A stretch of 64,000 nt of DNA, taken from NCBI GenBank assembly GCA_040954595.2, contig CM082577.2, positions 8,519,846-8,583,845 of the forward strand. The letters run 5' to 3'. Shown piece by piece: positions 26,001-45,800 of this stretch. A model generated the notes under the pieces. The model saw only the letters and a program-made list of their open reading frames with translations, made no database searches and was not told the DNA's origin. The position numbers and the translations under genes were made by a program. How positions within the stretch are numbered: position 1 is the first letter of the stretch; every line of letters begins with the position of its first letter. Source of the DNA: Balanoglossus misakiensis (taxonomy: Eukaryota; Animalia; Hemichordata).

Positions 26001-29000
26001 AATATGTTGCTTTTCTTCTCTCGCCGTTTGTTTTTTTCTTCTTCTGATGACGATGAACATAGAATCCACGACCATACCGACTAAGAACTGTATTTACAAT
26101 GCAGGACCCAAACTCTACATGCAGCAGTTCTACGCCATGTTCACCAAGAGGGTTCTGCACACCAAGCGCAACTTCCTGATGATGGTCGCCCAGCTGCTGA
26201 TTCCGTTGATCTTCACCATCATCGCCGTCATCGTGGCCGTCACGTTCCCGGGGCCGCAACCCCAGTCGCGGTTGACCCTCGACCTGGAGCCCTACGGGAA
26301 ATCGGTGGTACAGAGCACGGCCGGTGCAACGCCCACAGACCTCACGAAACTTCTGTCGTCCAACTTCGTCAGACAGTACTCCAGCTCCAAGACGGAGGCC
26401 ACCCAGCTTCCCAATTATAATTACCAAGGTGTCGAGAACTTCATCATACAGAAGACGACGAAGAACCTGGTCGGGTTCAACCGAGACAACCTGATAACCG
26501 CTCTCTTCGAACCCCAGCAGAACAGAACCCGGGTGCGGGCGACGTCCTTCTTCAACAACCAGCCGTACCACGCCATCGCCTCGTCCCTGAACGCCGTCGA
26601 CAACGCCTTCCTGCACTCCAAGGCGAACGACTCCTGCCGCATCCGCACCTCCAACCACCCGCTGCCGCTGACCATCGAGGAGCAGGCGGGCGACCGGCTG
26701 ACCTCCATGGCCACGGGCTTCTCCATCGCCTTCTGCCTGCTCTTCGGCATGGCCTTCCTGGCCAGCAGCTTCGTGGTCTTCCTCGTCCGGGAGAGCAGCA
26801 CCAAGGCCAAGCACATCCAGTTCGTCAGCGGCGTCCACTCCTCCAACTTCTGGCTCTCCACCTTCTCCTGGGACCTCATCAACTACCTGCTGCCGGTCGT
26901 CGTCATCTGCGTCCTCTTCGCCGCCGCCGACATCAAGGCCTACGCCAACGAGGGTCGGCTGGGCTACATCTTCCTCTTGCTGTTCCTCTACGGCTGGGCC
27001 GTCATTCCCCTCATGTACCTCTTCTCGTACCTCTTCTCCGTCCCGGCGACCGGCTTTGTCCGGATGACCATCTTCAACATTGTCACCGGACTGGTGCTCT
27101 TCCTGACCATACAGATCCTCTCCTTCCCGGCGCTGAATCTGGAACACATAGCCAAGACTCTCACCTGGCCGTTCTTGCTGTCTCCGAATTTCTGTCTGGG
27201 CCAAGCGCTGACCGACTTCTACACCAACTACGAGACCATCACACTGTGTAAGTCCTATGGCTGGATTAGCGAAGCTCTGTGTAAAGCTCAAAGTAAGTAT
27301 AGTTCTCAGATATACTAGTACCTAAAGGGAACTTCAATGTCCACAGCCTGTTTTATCCAGGAATAAAGTGTCTTTTATAATCTGAAGCAAAATGAGTTTT
27401 CGGTAGGAAGGGTTATACTGGGTTATGTGTCATTTGCATTTGGGTATAGTATAGGTAGGAAAGACAGGAACTGCGGTCGAGCATATTTTACATTCTACAC
27501 TTTGCATTTACCTCAACCACAGTCCCTCCAGTGCCTCAACCTATATTTGACTGGACCACACACTGAGTAAATTATAACTGTTTAATCTGCAAATCATAGT
27601 TAAAAGGAAATTGTAGATTTTAAATTATTTGCATCATCACTACCATGGCCATGCATTCGTTAATCTGATTGCATTTGCGAAAAAAACCACAACTGTTTAA
27701 ATTTCTTTGGATATATTCTCATTGCAGACATCACGTATGACGAAAGTTACATCGGCTGGAATGAAAATGGAGGCATTGGTAGATACATGGCATTTCTGAG
27801 CATGGAAGGGTTTGTCTACATGGCCCTGGTCTTTGTTGTGGAGTCTAGGGTCTTCCGGCGACTGTGGTATCTGATTGTGCCCAGGAAGACACCCACTGAG
27901 TTGATTCAGTTTGGGGAAGGAGTGGAGGTTTGTGAATAAGATCTACTATAAAACACTTTATTTTCACGAGTTGAAATTTTCGCAAAATACGCGAGAGCCA
28001 AAATTGCGTGAAAATAAAAAGTCGCGTAAATTTTTTTTGAAGATAACGATGCAGTGAATGAGATAAGAGAACACGTGGCCTCTCTCATGCCTTTTGTGTG
28101 CTTTTGAGTTTCTCTATCAATTATGACATCTTGTCAACTTGATTTTCATCTCTAGGAGGATGAAGACGTCATCGCTGAGAGGAACAGACTCGAGGAGACC
28201 CCGCTTCCGACCCTGATGTCCACCGACGCGCTCATCTTGAAAAATCTGCGAAAAGTGTACTCCACGTTCGGCCAGAAGGGGCTCGTTGCCGTGGACAACA
28301 CCACCTTCGGCGTGGCCCTCGGGGAGTGTTTCGGCATGCTGGGTAACAATGGCGCGGGGAAGACGTCGACTTTTCAAATGCTGACCGGTGATCAGACCAT
28401 CACGGGCGGGACGGCGTACATCGATGGATATGATATCACAAGAGATCTGAAACTAGTAAGGATGACGAAAATAAACCGATCATTTACTGTTCGCATTTGT
28501 CCAATTTTTACTGGTCAGAATTCCAAATTTATCATGCAAATTCTTTCTCTATCAGTAATAGGCCACATGGAATGTCACAGAAATTCACACGCCTCTGCAG
28601 TGTCTGAAATGTTTCGTTTCTTTCCTGATTTAAAAGGCGCAGCAGAGGATCGGGTATTGTCCGCAGTTCGATGCCCTGATCGACCAAATGACCGGCAGGG
28701 AGACGCTGGTCATGTTCGCCCGGCTACGCGGACTTCCGGAGCCAAGAATAGGCAAGGCGGTCGATGACCTGATACGTGACCTGCTGTTGGATGAACACGC
28801 CGACAAGCTGGTCAAATCATACAGGTAAAATATGTGAGAGAATTTCCTTCACATAAATCAGCTTTATTATACAAAGCATCATATTTTTATATTTTTATAT
28901 AAAAAGATTCAAAGCAAGCTTTAGAACCCCAAGTATGGAATGTACATGTGTATGATTGTTTTGTCAGATTGTGTATAGTGAAGAATATCCTACCACTGCA

Positions 29001-30334
29001 ACTATATTTGAAAACTTTGCAAACACCAATACCTTATCAACATGGCAAAATAGGAATTCCCATAGATCTAGGAAGCTCAATTGTTGTACATGTATTTAGT
29101 ATATGCGCCTGAACAAGGAATTTCCATACTTGGTGAAAAATCTTGATATTGAAATTCATGGTATATTCTTTCCTTGTACCCTTGCTTTTCTGTCAGTGGT
29201 GGTAACAAAAGGAAACTGAGTACAGCAATAGCTCTAATAGGGGATCCCCCTATTGTGTTCCTGGATGAACCCTCCACTGGGATGGATCCCAAAGCGAGAA
29301 GATTATTATGGGATGCCATTTCACATGTTGTTGGTGATGGCAGTCGGTGTGTGATCCTCACTTCTCACAGGTATGGCGCCCTCTATCGACAACAATGTAA
29401 TGAGAACTTATAGACTAAATCCAGAATTTGTGTGTCAAGAAACATACTCTGCATTTAAGGTGTCTTTGGCTGGTACATTAATTGAAAAAGAGGAATGATC
29501 ACATTCTATCGACAGCTGTTGAAAAGTTACAGACAATGGCGTCTTGATTCCATCAGTATGATAAAATTGAATTTCTGTCTGAAAATTAACTGTGAAAGCT
29601 CGCGTTTTGGGGCATTTTCACCCCTTGTAAAGAATGAAGTGACGGCCATTTTGTATTTTGGTATTGTTTCGTTTGATCTGCTACAGCATGGAGGAGTGTG
29701 AAGCGTTATGCACAAGGCTGGCCATCATGGTCAACGGTCAGCTGAAATGCCTTGGAAGTCCACAACATCTGAAGACCCGTTTTGGCAAAGGATACACCAT
29801 TTTGGCCAAAGTGTCGTACACTGGCCAAGAACCCGATCTCACTCCAGTCAAACAATTCATTGAGGGAACATTCCCAGGTAAGTAAATGGTTGTCATGGAC
29901 GCATATTCAGTGCAGCTATTTTCCAAATGTTCGTCCATTTCCCATTGTCCCAGGAGTCAAGAGTTACTCACCTACATTATCAAAGAAATGTGATGATTTT
30001 GATTGACTATTGATGCAACAAAATGTTTCCACGAATTATTCCTGGAAACTAACGTAGTTGATCTAAAAAAATGAATGGAATGTCCTCATAAGACCCCAGG
30101 ATTGTAAATATCTTTCATTTACCGTTTCTCCCCGCAGGAAGTAAACTGAAAGACGAACACCAGGGCATGGTGCATTACCACATCACGGATACCAGTTTAA
30201 CCTGGGCCGAAATATTCGGCAAAATGGAGAAGGCCAAGATCAAATACAACATTGAAGATTACTCTGTCAGCCAGACGACATTGGAACAAGTTTTCATCAA
30301 CTTCGCCAGATCCCAGAGAGATTTCGAAGAGTAG
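17098..30334 (+). CDS. ABCA3: ABC transporter subfamily A, ABCA3-like full transporter (~1737 aa, 19 coding exons)
   Basis: Exons: 17098-17431, 17660-17956, 18274-18518, 18769-19006, 19656-19829, 20136-20317, 20885-21046, 21808-22083, 22579-22734, 24090-24300, 24805-25054, 25440-25648, 26063-27292, 27728-27927, 28156-28455, 28637-28824, 29197-29370, 29687-29877, 30138-30334. Motifs include the N-terminal [25 protein letters not shown], Walker [10 protein letters not shown] and [37 protein letters not shown] and the C-terminal [13 protein letters not shown] 5' UTR acceptor is probable at 16954/16955. Confidence 0.93.
19055..19137. mobile_element. Family A MITE, reverse orientation, degenerate
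   Basis: CTTTCACCACCATG...GTCCAAACCCATTTTCTATGG...GGGGGTGAAAGGGT is the reverse complement of the 9048-9132 consensus. Confidence 0.7.
20609..20820. mobile_element. ~210-bp TA-flanked MITE (Tc1/mariner-type TSD), family B
   Basis: TA|CTGTAAAGCACTTTATTTT...AAAATAAAGTGTTTTACAG|TA, with internal CGCGA(A)AA repeats. Copies are at ~27946-28085 and 49841-50036. Confidence 0.85.
22111..22202. mobile_element. Family A MITE
   Basis: TTAA|CCCTTTCACC...GGTAAAAGGG|TTAG, with the same core CATAGAAAGCAATGG...GGACTGAAC. Confidence 0.85.
27946..28085. mobile_element. Family B MITE, truncated
   Basis: AAATACGCGAGAGCCAAAA...AAAAGTCGCGTAAATTTTTTTGAAGATAACGATGCAGTGAATGA is near-identical to 20650-20740. Confidence 0.85.
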
Positions 30335-32372
30335 TGAAAAGACAAGTGCAATAAAATCTGTGTTGTTTTTTAGGAAGGGTGACGGCTGTAACTCTATAAC
30401 TATTTAGGACAAGAAAATATATCAATAAAACAGACCCACTTTGAAAACTAGTAAGTTACCATGACTACAGCTGTGCCCTTCAAATTTTGCTTGTAAAGAC
30501 AGTTTGAAACTGTCCTCAAATGAATTGTTTCAGCACTATACAACATGCACTGATCTTTTGTAGTATACAAATTTCATTCTGTCATCAAAATTATGTAGCT
30601 TCCACAATCACTCACACTTGCCTAAATTGTGCATGTGGTAAATGTCTGACTAGCCTGATCTTATTCTTTATTTTAAGGGATTATGTGCATTTTATGTAAA
30701 TGATCATTTCACTGAAGATTGGGAAAATATTGCTCTATTTTTCTTTCAAAACATTGTTCAGGTTTTATATTTTGATGCAGACATTTTATGGAAGTACGGC
30801 GTGTATGTTTTTGATGTAACATTACCAATGCAAAAAAGTCATCATTTTTTTGAAGAAAAAAAACATGGCTACACTACCGGTATACCGGGATTTACTTCCT
30901 TGCACTATCAGGGTTAACTGTGAAATGATTTTAATGCCATATTATTCTACTATGAGAGTAGAAACTCAGATTGATTCAATTGAATGGACATTTTAGAGTA
31001 AGATGAGAAAGCTTTTATGAAAATAGAAGGTGGCTTGTGCCATATCTGAAACACTGAAATATTAGTTTTTTTTGTGAGAATATTTTAAAGAATGTGTAAA
31101 ACAGTGAATGATTCTCTGTGTTTTTGTTTATTCAGTACTTGAAATGTGTTTACTAATCACATTGTGTCTTTAATACCACGCTGCTGGGTAACAATGTGAA
31201 GGATAAAAAACTTAAATCATTGTAGAAAATATTCTATATACTGAACTAGTAAATATTTTAGATGTCTAATGAGGTGAGATTTACATGTGCTGATTATTTC
31301 AATGCAAATTCTCTATCCAGAAATTTATTTTATTTGTAATTTTTTTGGAGCAAATTGTCAAATAAATTGTACTCACTTTTGGGCAAAGAATGAAACATCT
31401 GATATTTCATATATTATATTTGCTTGAATCAAAATTATGATGTTGATCACCTTGTAATTTTGGATTTACCCCTGCTTGTATGCTTGTGAAAAAATTTGGC
31501 TTGAGGAAGCCTGGCCACCATTTAGTTTTTTGTTTTATAAAAGTGCGGGAATTCTGATATTGTCCAAGGAAAACATTAGGCATTATTGTAATACTTTTTG
31601 ATACTTGGGAATATTTTTTAATCATCTCGCAATTGTTCCATTCTTGTTCAAGTTACTGATACACTCTTTTTGATAGTTTTCTTCTGAGTTCTCTCGTTTG
31701 TTCGCTGCTTTCAGAGACTCAGAGAGTATATGGTGCTGTGGTATTTTGAGAGCGCCACTATAAGGTGAAACATTCACCTTTATCAGTCATTTATTGTGAA
31801 TGATATGCACATGGGGCCAGTGCAATTTCTTTTCAATGCACATTGAAAGATTGCTTGATATAATTCCATTGATTGCTTGATCAGTAGGTGACGTGTATAC
31901 TTTAGAAAATTCTTTAATTATGCATGAAATGTCAGTTTTGAAAATGTACTATGGAAACAATAAAATGCAAGTACTTTTAAAAATTGAGAAAATCTGTCCA
32001 CCTTCCTTTCTAATTAACTGCACTGAATTTTTGTGTACAAACAACAGGCAAAAGCTTATTGCTGGTTCAAAAATTTAACTTTCCATCCGTCAACAGCACT
32101 ACATTGGAAAGTAACAGCCAGAAACAAATATAGAGTGCACAATTTGTTTTTGAGTCTCTGGAATTTTCTGTGAACCAGACTGAGATTGTGCACCTGCAAA
32201 TCTGGTGAAAATGTTGTACACTGGATCCTGGAAACCACGAAGAGCGCCCCCTATCTATAAGTTGCATAACCGATAAAGATTGCCCTTTGAACTCGCCGTT
32301 GCTTTACGTAGCACTCTTTCGAGTCTCACGCTTCAGACTGTCGGCACGTAGTCCAGGTGCTCTTTTTGGAAA

Positions 32373-36163
<3,791 letters not shown>

Positions 36164-37483
36164 AAATCGACCACATCTGACCAGCCAACTTCAATGCAAT
36201 TTGTTGTCACAAATAGATCGTGTGTAAGTGCCCACTTATACACGTCGGACTGAATATTTTAAAGAGATAACAAGATTGTTACATCAGGGACATTCAGATG
36301 CCTACATAGAATGGTTTGGACAAAATTTGTGATATGGATTTGTTTTACTTGTACAGGACATTATATTGTGAGGTTTGAAATAAAAAGTGTCAACTTCAAA
36401 GCTTCTTGAAAACTGTATTCCTTTATTCACAGACATTTTATAAAATTATGCAATTACTGCAGTAAATCATTACTGAAGTTGTCTGGCATTAAGATTTTGT
36501 TATTTCACAGTTTAATTCCCATGTCCACACAAATTACTAAAAATTTTGCAATGAAAGTAGGCAACTCGCACATCAGCTGCTTATGTGAAAAAAATAAGCT
36601 GCTTTAGAAATTAAAACCAGTTGATTTCAAATTTTCCCAGGGAAATGTCAAATTACTGACAAAAGTTTAAAATTAATTACTGGGTACAAGAAAATACCAT
36701 GTGTGCAATTTTGATCATATATCAAGTCTTTTAAGATTCAGCTACTTTCATTGAACAGCTTTACAAAACTAAAACACTTCGTGGATTTTCTTTGTGCATG
36801 AAAATAAATATTGACAGCAGCTAGACCTGGGGCCAACTACAGACATACAAAAATATAAAAGTACATGTACTTGATGTAACACATCTATGCCATTCAATGG
36901 CAAAGTCTACATAACATCAAGGCCATGGTGCAACAGTGGCTTTCACGTCAAATCTGTGCATGTGTATGTGAGCGATCTATGCTTGTAAATGTCCTTTGTG
37001 TATAATAGTGCTGAAAAGGTTTTCTTGTCCATCACTGATATACAACAAACAAGTCCTTGGTTGATGGCACCATTCAAATATGTACCCAAATAAATAGATT
37101 TTTGCATAGTCTGTCCTATCAATATCCCCACCCGGTAATATCACACACACTGTAAAATGTAAAACACACAGTTAAATATCCCAGTTGCGTGGACGATCAC
37201 ATTATTCATTCTTGTGTGAACGTTAAGGCATTCTCAACGTTTCCCCCAACACACACTACAAATTGCAATGGTCATTGTAGCTACACAGCACAACCCTTTT
37301 CCATGCAACTGTCTTGCTAAATAAAACGCTATCACACTGTAAAACAACCATACCAATACCTATGTCAGTCCGAGGATCACATTTACTACTGCACCCTCCA
37401 TTGCACACTTCCACACTCATACACACAGTTGTGTTTTTCTGTCAATTTTTCCTGCGATGAAAACACAGAGAGATGGCACTCTG

Positions 37484-40400
37484 TCAGAGGTGTCTCCAAA
37501 TGAACTTGGTCACAACTCGAGCCCAATACGGGACAATCCTCTCCTGCTTTTGGAATGTCTCCGTGCTGACTTCAGTGCTTCTATCGTACAGGTTTTTCTC
37601 CTCCTAGACAAGAAAATAAACCAGTGGACCGATGTAAGATACTGAATGTAGGCTTTATGAAACATGTTTTTGTTCAAAGGCAAAAATGCTGCAATGTATC
37701 CATAACAACATGAGTGCTAGATGCATAGTGTATCATGATACGTTGTCCAATACCACTGGTGATACACATTTGTGAAGATCTATTCAGAACCTACCCGGTG
37801 TCAAAACGAACTGTTGTCAAATCGGAAGTGTGTTTTTGAGATTTATTCACTTGGCATTTTTCACAACATACTTTACATCAAATTCTATTGGCATGAAAGA
37901 TGTCTTACAAACTGTACTTGGTCTTACCTCATGTAGCTGTTTTCTGAGCCTCTCATTTGTGGTAACCACAGCCAGTTGGACTTCCAAGTCTCTCTTCACA
38001 GAACGGTAACCTGGCAGAGAAAAGAGTGTATAATTAAGCTTCCAACTGTTTCAGTGACATCATACTTTTCTAATGATTAGGTACTCATCCTGAAACAGTA
38101 TCCCTCAATGTCTGATTTCAGACGTACCAACACATTTGTGTATCAGTGTTTTGTTTGGCACCCAATCCAATCAGAGTAAAAATGTAGAGTTTTGCTGTAC
38201 TGTTCTTGGATGTCTGATTTCACTCATGGTGATGTACCAGGTATGAGAGGGTAACTTACCAAAATTTGGTGATCCAACCAGAGTGAGAGATGGCAGCGAC
38301 TGAGATGGTAAGTAATACCACAATCCTAGAAAAATATTGTCATTTAATACATAAGATTACTCTTTATCAGTTTCATTAAAATAAAGTTGTATTAAATCCA
38401 TAACTCTGAAAAATGAAAATACATCTACTAACTCCCTACATGTAAAATATCATTCATAACATACAGATCACAACACATGTGTTCTTACCTTTAGGGTGGA
38501 AAGTCCACTTATCTCTGAAATATTCAAAAAGTCTAATTCTGTTCTGTTGCATGGAGTCACAGACTCTGCGATAGAAATGTTTTTCAATGTGAGTGTATGC
38601 ATCAGGTATACTGCCTGCAATTCCCTTGGCTCCATAGAATCCATTGGTCTGAGGGGAAAATCAATCATGATGTCAGCATTTTTCATCCTCTTTGTCAAAA
38701 ATGGTTTTCTCCTGGACAAATAATTGCCAAGGACTGGGAAAACTTTATGGAAATAGTGTGTCATTATGTATGAAGACAAAATACAACTGATGTGCAGAAA
38801 ATATTATAATTTGACAATTTCTTCCTAGAGGATAAAAATAATGATTTATTTAATATTAAATTTTTTTTCCATGAACGTTACTCACCCTTGGATCTGCTGT
38901 CAACATATTGAAGTGTGCTCTGGATTGATTTAAAACTATACGCAAATAGCTCTCTGTTAAATTAAAATATCCTGAAGCCAACTGTATCCGAGTTCCATCC
39001 TCGGCTGTTTGCAACAAAGTCCTCGTGGCCTTTTCATCATTTCTGATTCCAAGGGGTCCCATTTGTATCAACGGGAAAATCAGAGTGTCGTTCTCATCGA
39101 AGTTCGATATTTCATCAAAATTTCTAGTCCTTTCTGCCGTGGTTTCAGAATACACATTTTTCAAGTCCTCGGGGAGCTTTGAATTGTCCGAGAGCTGTCG
39201 CGATTGCAGTTCTTCTATTGCCGAGGTATCCGTCATGGTCGGGTTTGAGCTGTGTCTAACATTCCTATGGTACTCCAGTAGAGTGTTGACTCGTCTGCCA
39301 GCTTCCTCTTTGAATTTCTGGATGTCACCTGTGCATACGGGACACAGAAGTGTGTTGAAAAACATAAAAGTGAGGAATTTCTGAATTTCATTTCTTGGTT
39401 GTCAAATCTTATGTGCACGATACTCCAACAATTCTCTGAGAAAACAGTTACATGAATACGATAGTACCTGAAAAATGAGTTGACACCAAAAACTTTCCAA
39501 ACCATTTTACCTTTAAATGGATGAATTGCAAAATTTTTATCTAACGTCACTGTGTCATCCTTCTGAAGTTGAAATGAAAATGAACTGACTGTAGACACCA
39601 ACTGTGCAAAGAAATTGGCAACTTGTGGGCAGTCTTCAAGTAGTATGTAACGATCTTGCCGATTTGTGAAATATGACTCGCTGAGATTAGCTCTGTGAAG
39701 AAAATACAGGAAAAGCATGAAATGAAAGAAGTCATGAAAGACAGTAGTATGATAATAGTTGTCATTGTGCAGAGACATTGTAATACCTAATGAGCTTTAT
39801 TATTGAATCAATAACTTACCCACTAATAACCAATGAATCGTCAAACAGATACACTTTCATGTGTTGAAGTCCAATTGTCTCATTGAACCTGTCTGGCACA
39901 ACCTGTTTCAGAAACCCTCTAAGGTCTGGAGTGTGGTACAGAGATATTTGCACGTTAGAATTGAACTCTTTGAGAAGTGGCAACAACATCGTCCTGGAGT
40001 TCTTCTTTCCTCGCGTTCCTCTTGTGTACTCTAAGAGAATTTTGATTTCAAGTGGATGGTGAGGATTTGCATTCCTGGCAGCTTCACAGACACTGTCAAC
40101 CTACAGGGAACATCACAGATGCATGGTATTAATCTTTGTCATCCTGAATGTATTATTAAACCTTACCATCCTGAATACCCCATCCTTATTACAGTGACCG
40201 TATGCTATAATTGATTATTCCCTAATGTATGTATGGTATTAAAACTCACCAGTTTCTGTTCCAGTTCACCTGTGCCAAGATAGAGTGAAGCAAGTACTAT
40301 TCGTTTTGTTGCACTTCTCGCTTTGCCCTGCCATCAAAATCAATAAAGAATAATTTCAGTAATTGGTGCAATTATCCAAGTTATGAATCTGATTTCCCAT

Positions 40401-41282
40401 ACCTACATTGTTCTATCAGCCAGGCGGTGTTCACCTTGGATACCTGCTGCAGATAATTGAACATAGGAACTCTCTATACTACAGACAATTCATATATTCA
40501 ATTACTGGAAATCAGATATATAGAAGGCTTTTCTATAAAGTATAAGGCAATGATAAAACTTGGATTTGCTTACCTTTAAAATTTCATAGAAATCTGCCGG
40601 TTCCTTTATAACTGTAACTTTATCACCGTTCACTGCAAATACAGGTGCAAGTTGTGTCATCCATCGGAACCTCTGGAAAACTTGGTCAACAGCTTCGCTT
40701 AGCCCCCTCAGTGCGTTTACTTTGTGGTGTTGCCTCCTGGAGCTCATGGTCATGGTGCACCTGCGTGGCACAGTGAACCGAACATAAATCTGTAGTTGTC
40801 CTTTCCACCATACATTCACTGGCTCAGACTGTCAATGTAAATATTGTCTGCAGTGCACGTCTGCTACTGTGTTACTATATTAACACCAGCATCTAATCTA
40901 TGCTTCCCGTGAGAAGGGGTCGCATGACTGCAATATTTTAGCGGTGTCACCTGACCAGAAGGCAATTGCAGTTGTCCTGGATATTTGTTTGGGGTCGTCG
41001 CCGTGCACCGTGTTGGTAATGAAGTTGAAGGTGTCCTTAAATTTGAGGCCATTGAACCCACATTCCCTTCACACAAACACGCTCTGCAGTTGTGGGTCGT
41101 CGTTGACACACTTCAAATATTTAAAATTAGGGAGTATTTTTTGGTATCCTTCTAAAACATAAGACATTTCATACTGGAGATCCAACCGGACAGAGTTGAA
41201 ACAAATAAATCAAGCGAAATTACCTGTGTATGGTTTCTTTACGACAGAAACCTTGCAGCAGACGAAGACAGGAAGCGGCCAT
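37484..41282 (-). CDS. PGS1: Mitochondrial CDP-diacylglycerol--glycerol-3-phosphate 3-phosphatidyltransferase (~552 aa, 10 exons)
   Basis: Exons: 41282-41224, 40760-40574, 40327-40250, 40100-39820, 39692-39511, 39328-38886, 38648-38489, 38325-38260, 38010-37928, 37603-37484. Motifs include LASLYLGTG, SLYHTPDLRG, QHMKVYLFDD, GANLSESYFTNRQDRY, PLIQMG, SGYFNLT, NGFYGAKG, WTFHPKGLW and GSPNFGYRS. An in-frame upstream ATG at 41300 is also possible. Confidence 0.93.
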
Positions 41283-43018
41283 GTTCCCATGTTGCATCAT
41301 GGCGTTACGAAAACGAGGTTCAAGGACTCCCCAGGAAAGAAATTATTTATCGGCGAAAGGTCACACTGACTTATGTAAGGTTTGCACGTACGACAGACAC
41401 TTTATATGTGAATAAATGACCACAACTTCAAACTTGGGAAATCTCTTATCAAAGAGCACGTCATAATATTAATACATGTATGTGTATGACTGTTTTATGG
41501 AGATACATGTACTCATGTATCTTCATACTGACAATAGTCTTGTATTATGGGACCTGGGGGCAAGTTACTGACCGGGTAGTCAATCCATGTGCATTTGAAA
41601 TATTTTGAGATATGTGATGCACAGCAATATTACCGGTAAAGTGACTGTAACCATGGTGCTGGCTCCATGCTGCAACACTCTATATGTGCAATTTGTGAGA
41701 CTTATTTTCATGCTGGAACATGCATGTGTCACGTTTCAACCATTGTCAATCACATAGACTACCTCTGGAGGATGGTCACTTCACACAGGATGAAAGGACG
41801 GGTTATATAATCTGAAGAATTAATACATTCCCATCAAGCAACCCCCATCTTTTATTTCAGAACAAGGCAGAAACAAGGTGCTGATGCAACCTCTCCACAC
41901 CCGAAAATAACCACACAAGCAGCCACACATTTAGAACAAAATCAAACTAATTTATTTGCATGTGTTGTAGTCAGCTAGATGACGAAACTGTTCTCTGGCC
42001 AGACAGCCAAGCAAAACCCAATCACAAAGTTTCATGTCATAACAATGAAAGTTGATCAACTACGAATATCAAGCCAATCACAGGGTACAAAATTTGTACA
42101 TGTCTCAGCTATGGCAAATCACAGATAGGATTGCGCGGGATGTAAGCAACAGTAGTCATACAATGTACAGAGAGAAAGCTACAAAAAATCTTCCAAATGT
42201 AGGAACTATACCAAGCAGTTAAAGTTGAATTGACAATCTCTTCATTTATTGAGGCCAACAGCAACTACTGAAAAATGCCCATTTTCGATTTTTTGTTGGG
42301 AAGTTATATTATACTTCAGAAGCCTGACCACAGCTTGCCTTACACTCCAGGTTTTGATTTTCTGAGGGAAAAAATCTCTTATCTGATGTCTACAGAACAC
42401 TCAAAGTGTTTTGATTTCTTCACACATTGGTGGTTCTACAAAAATTTCTGTTCAGAGCTACATTTGCTGCATCTTCAAATCATGATGTCGTGTCTTAAGA
42501 CACCATGCACCGAATAATTTGCTGTCTTTAAACCCAGAATAATCAAATTCATGAACTGTACGCAACACAGGCAAGATGTGGCCTGGCCTTTGCACATAGC
42601 TGTATAAATCATCATGTGAGGCTTTCTTGTAGAATAGAGATTTCTGCATCATGGGCAACTTTCCAAAGTTCACAAGATACGACTGGACTTTCTTGAGCTG
42701 GGCAACATTTTGTAGCACATTTCATGGTTGTTTCCATGGTAACACTATTATTTCCCCCGTGGATGAGTTCCCATCATGCAGTGGTCTAAATAATTCTGAA
42801 TATCAACACTCAGTAGAAGATGCACACTTAACCTGTGAAGACAAAACATAACATGGATTTAATCATGACTGCAATAATGTTGACCGCTATCTGATCATAG
42901 CCAATATTTTTGTATTCCGGTGAGATGCAATTTTAAGGAAACTCTTTCTTGAGTCACTATCCACAAGAATATCAATGTAAAGTGTGGACACTTACTTAAA
43001 ACATTGTTCACATACTAT

Positions 43019-44679
<1,661 letters not shown>

Positions 44680-45181
44680 GTTGCTGGGGTCTGTGAACTA
44701 CGCCCTCTAGAGTTTCCATGTCCCAACGGACGATGGCGCTATTCTGGTTCGGAGTTGTTATCTATTTTGTGATGTAATAGTGCAACTTTTCTGGAAATCA
44801 GCAACAGTAAAGAAACACAGAGATATCTTGATTTTGAACAAGCTTTATTACAGAGAATTGCATTTTATAACTAGGAGAGGTGCGTTAAATTAAAACACTG
44901 AGTTCTGCAACATGGCTTCATGTAGGGAGTGACAAAGGCTGACAAATACTGATGGATTCTTTTTTTTTATACACAGCACAAACTTTCAACAACAACAAAA
45001 TAAATATATGGCAGTGTGTACAACGGATTACTGTATTGAAGGAGGATTTTTTTGCCAAATATGTGTTTGCTAAAGTTTAAACATGGCATCACAAACATCA
45101 ATGGTGTTTATACCTATCATGAACAGAGAATTACAAAGCTTCGGGCAGTTTAACGTTTTACAGTTGAATCACTTGTGTTAA

Positions 45182-45800
45182 AGGGGAAATCCGCTGTAGC
45201 TGATTTCTACATAATTTGGTAGCTTTGATGTCTCTCTTTCAGAAAAAAACATATTCGCCATGTATAGGTCGCGCGATTTTTTACAAAATCTAGGGAAAGT
45301 TGGCAGAATTTCCAATATGGCGTTTACTGTAATTTGAATCATGGGAAAAAAAGCGCCAGGACCAACTTCCGCCCACCTTGGTGTGGGTGATACCATTTTC
45401 CGATTGGTGTCACTGTGTCACAAGCTAAGCGTATTTGCATATTTTTCATGGGTTATAGCTCATGAAAACTGTCAATAGATGACAAATTTTCGACTTTGCT
45501 GATGATTGTTTATCAACTGATGCAAAGAACAAACAATAGCTATGAAAATACGCCTAGTCTGTCGCCCAGTGACACCAATCGGAGAATGGTATCACCCACA
45601 CCATGGTGGGCGGAAGTTGCTCCTGGCGCTTTTTTTCCCATGATTCAAATTACAGTAAACGCCATATTGGAAATTCTGCCGACTTTCCCTAGATTTTGTA
45701 AAAAATCGCGCGAACTATACATGGCGAATATGTTTTTTTCTGAAAGAGAGACATCAAAGCTACCAAATTATGTAGAAATCAGCTACAGCGGATTTCCCCT
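45182..45800. mobile_element. 619-bp foldback element / MITE, Kolobok-like, with ~234-bp near-perfect inverted arms
   Basis: TTAA|AGGGGAAATCCGCTG...CAGCGGATTTCCCCT|TTAA. Arms 45182-45415 and 45567-45800 differ at only a handful of positions, and the six-frame track shows near-identical mirror ORFs. Confidence 0.92.

Noticed and set aside
25969-27291. 440-aa antisense ORF, and similar antisense ORFs over dynein exons (3483-3869, 4118-4462, 4954-5361)
   Set aside because: These are shadows of high-GC3 sense exons, which lack antisense stop codons. Their limits track the real exons and they have no recognisable domains.
42458-42718. 86-aa ORF in the NDUFAB1 3' UTR as a second cistron
   Set aside because: It has a non-ATG start, no recognisable family and no coding-like features.
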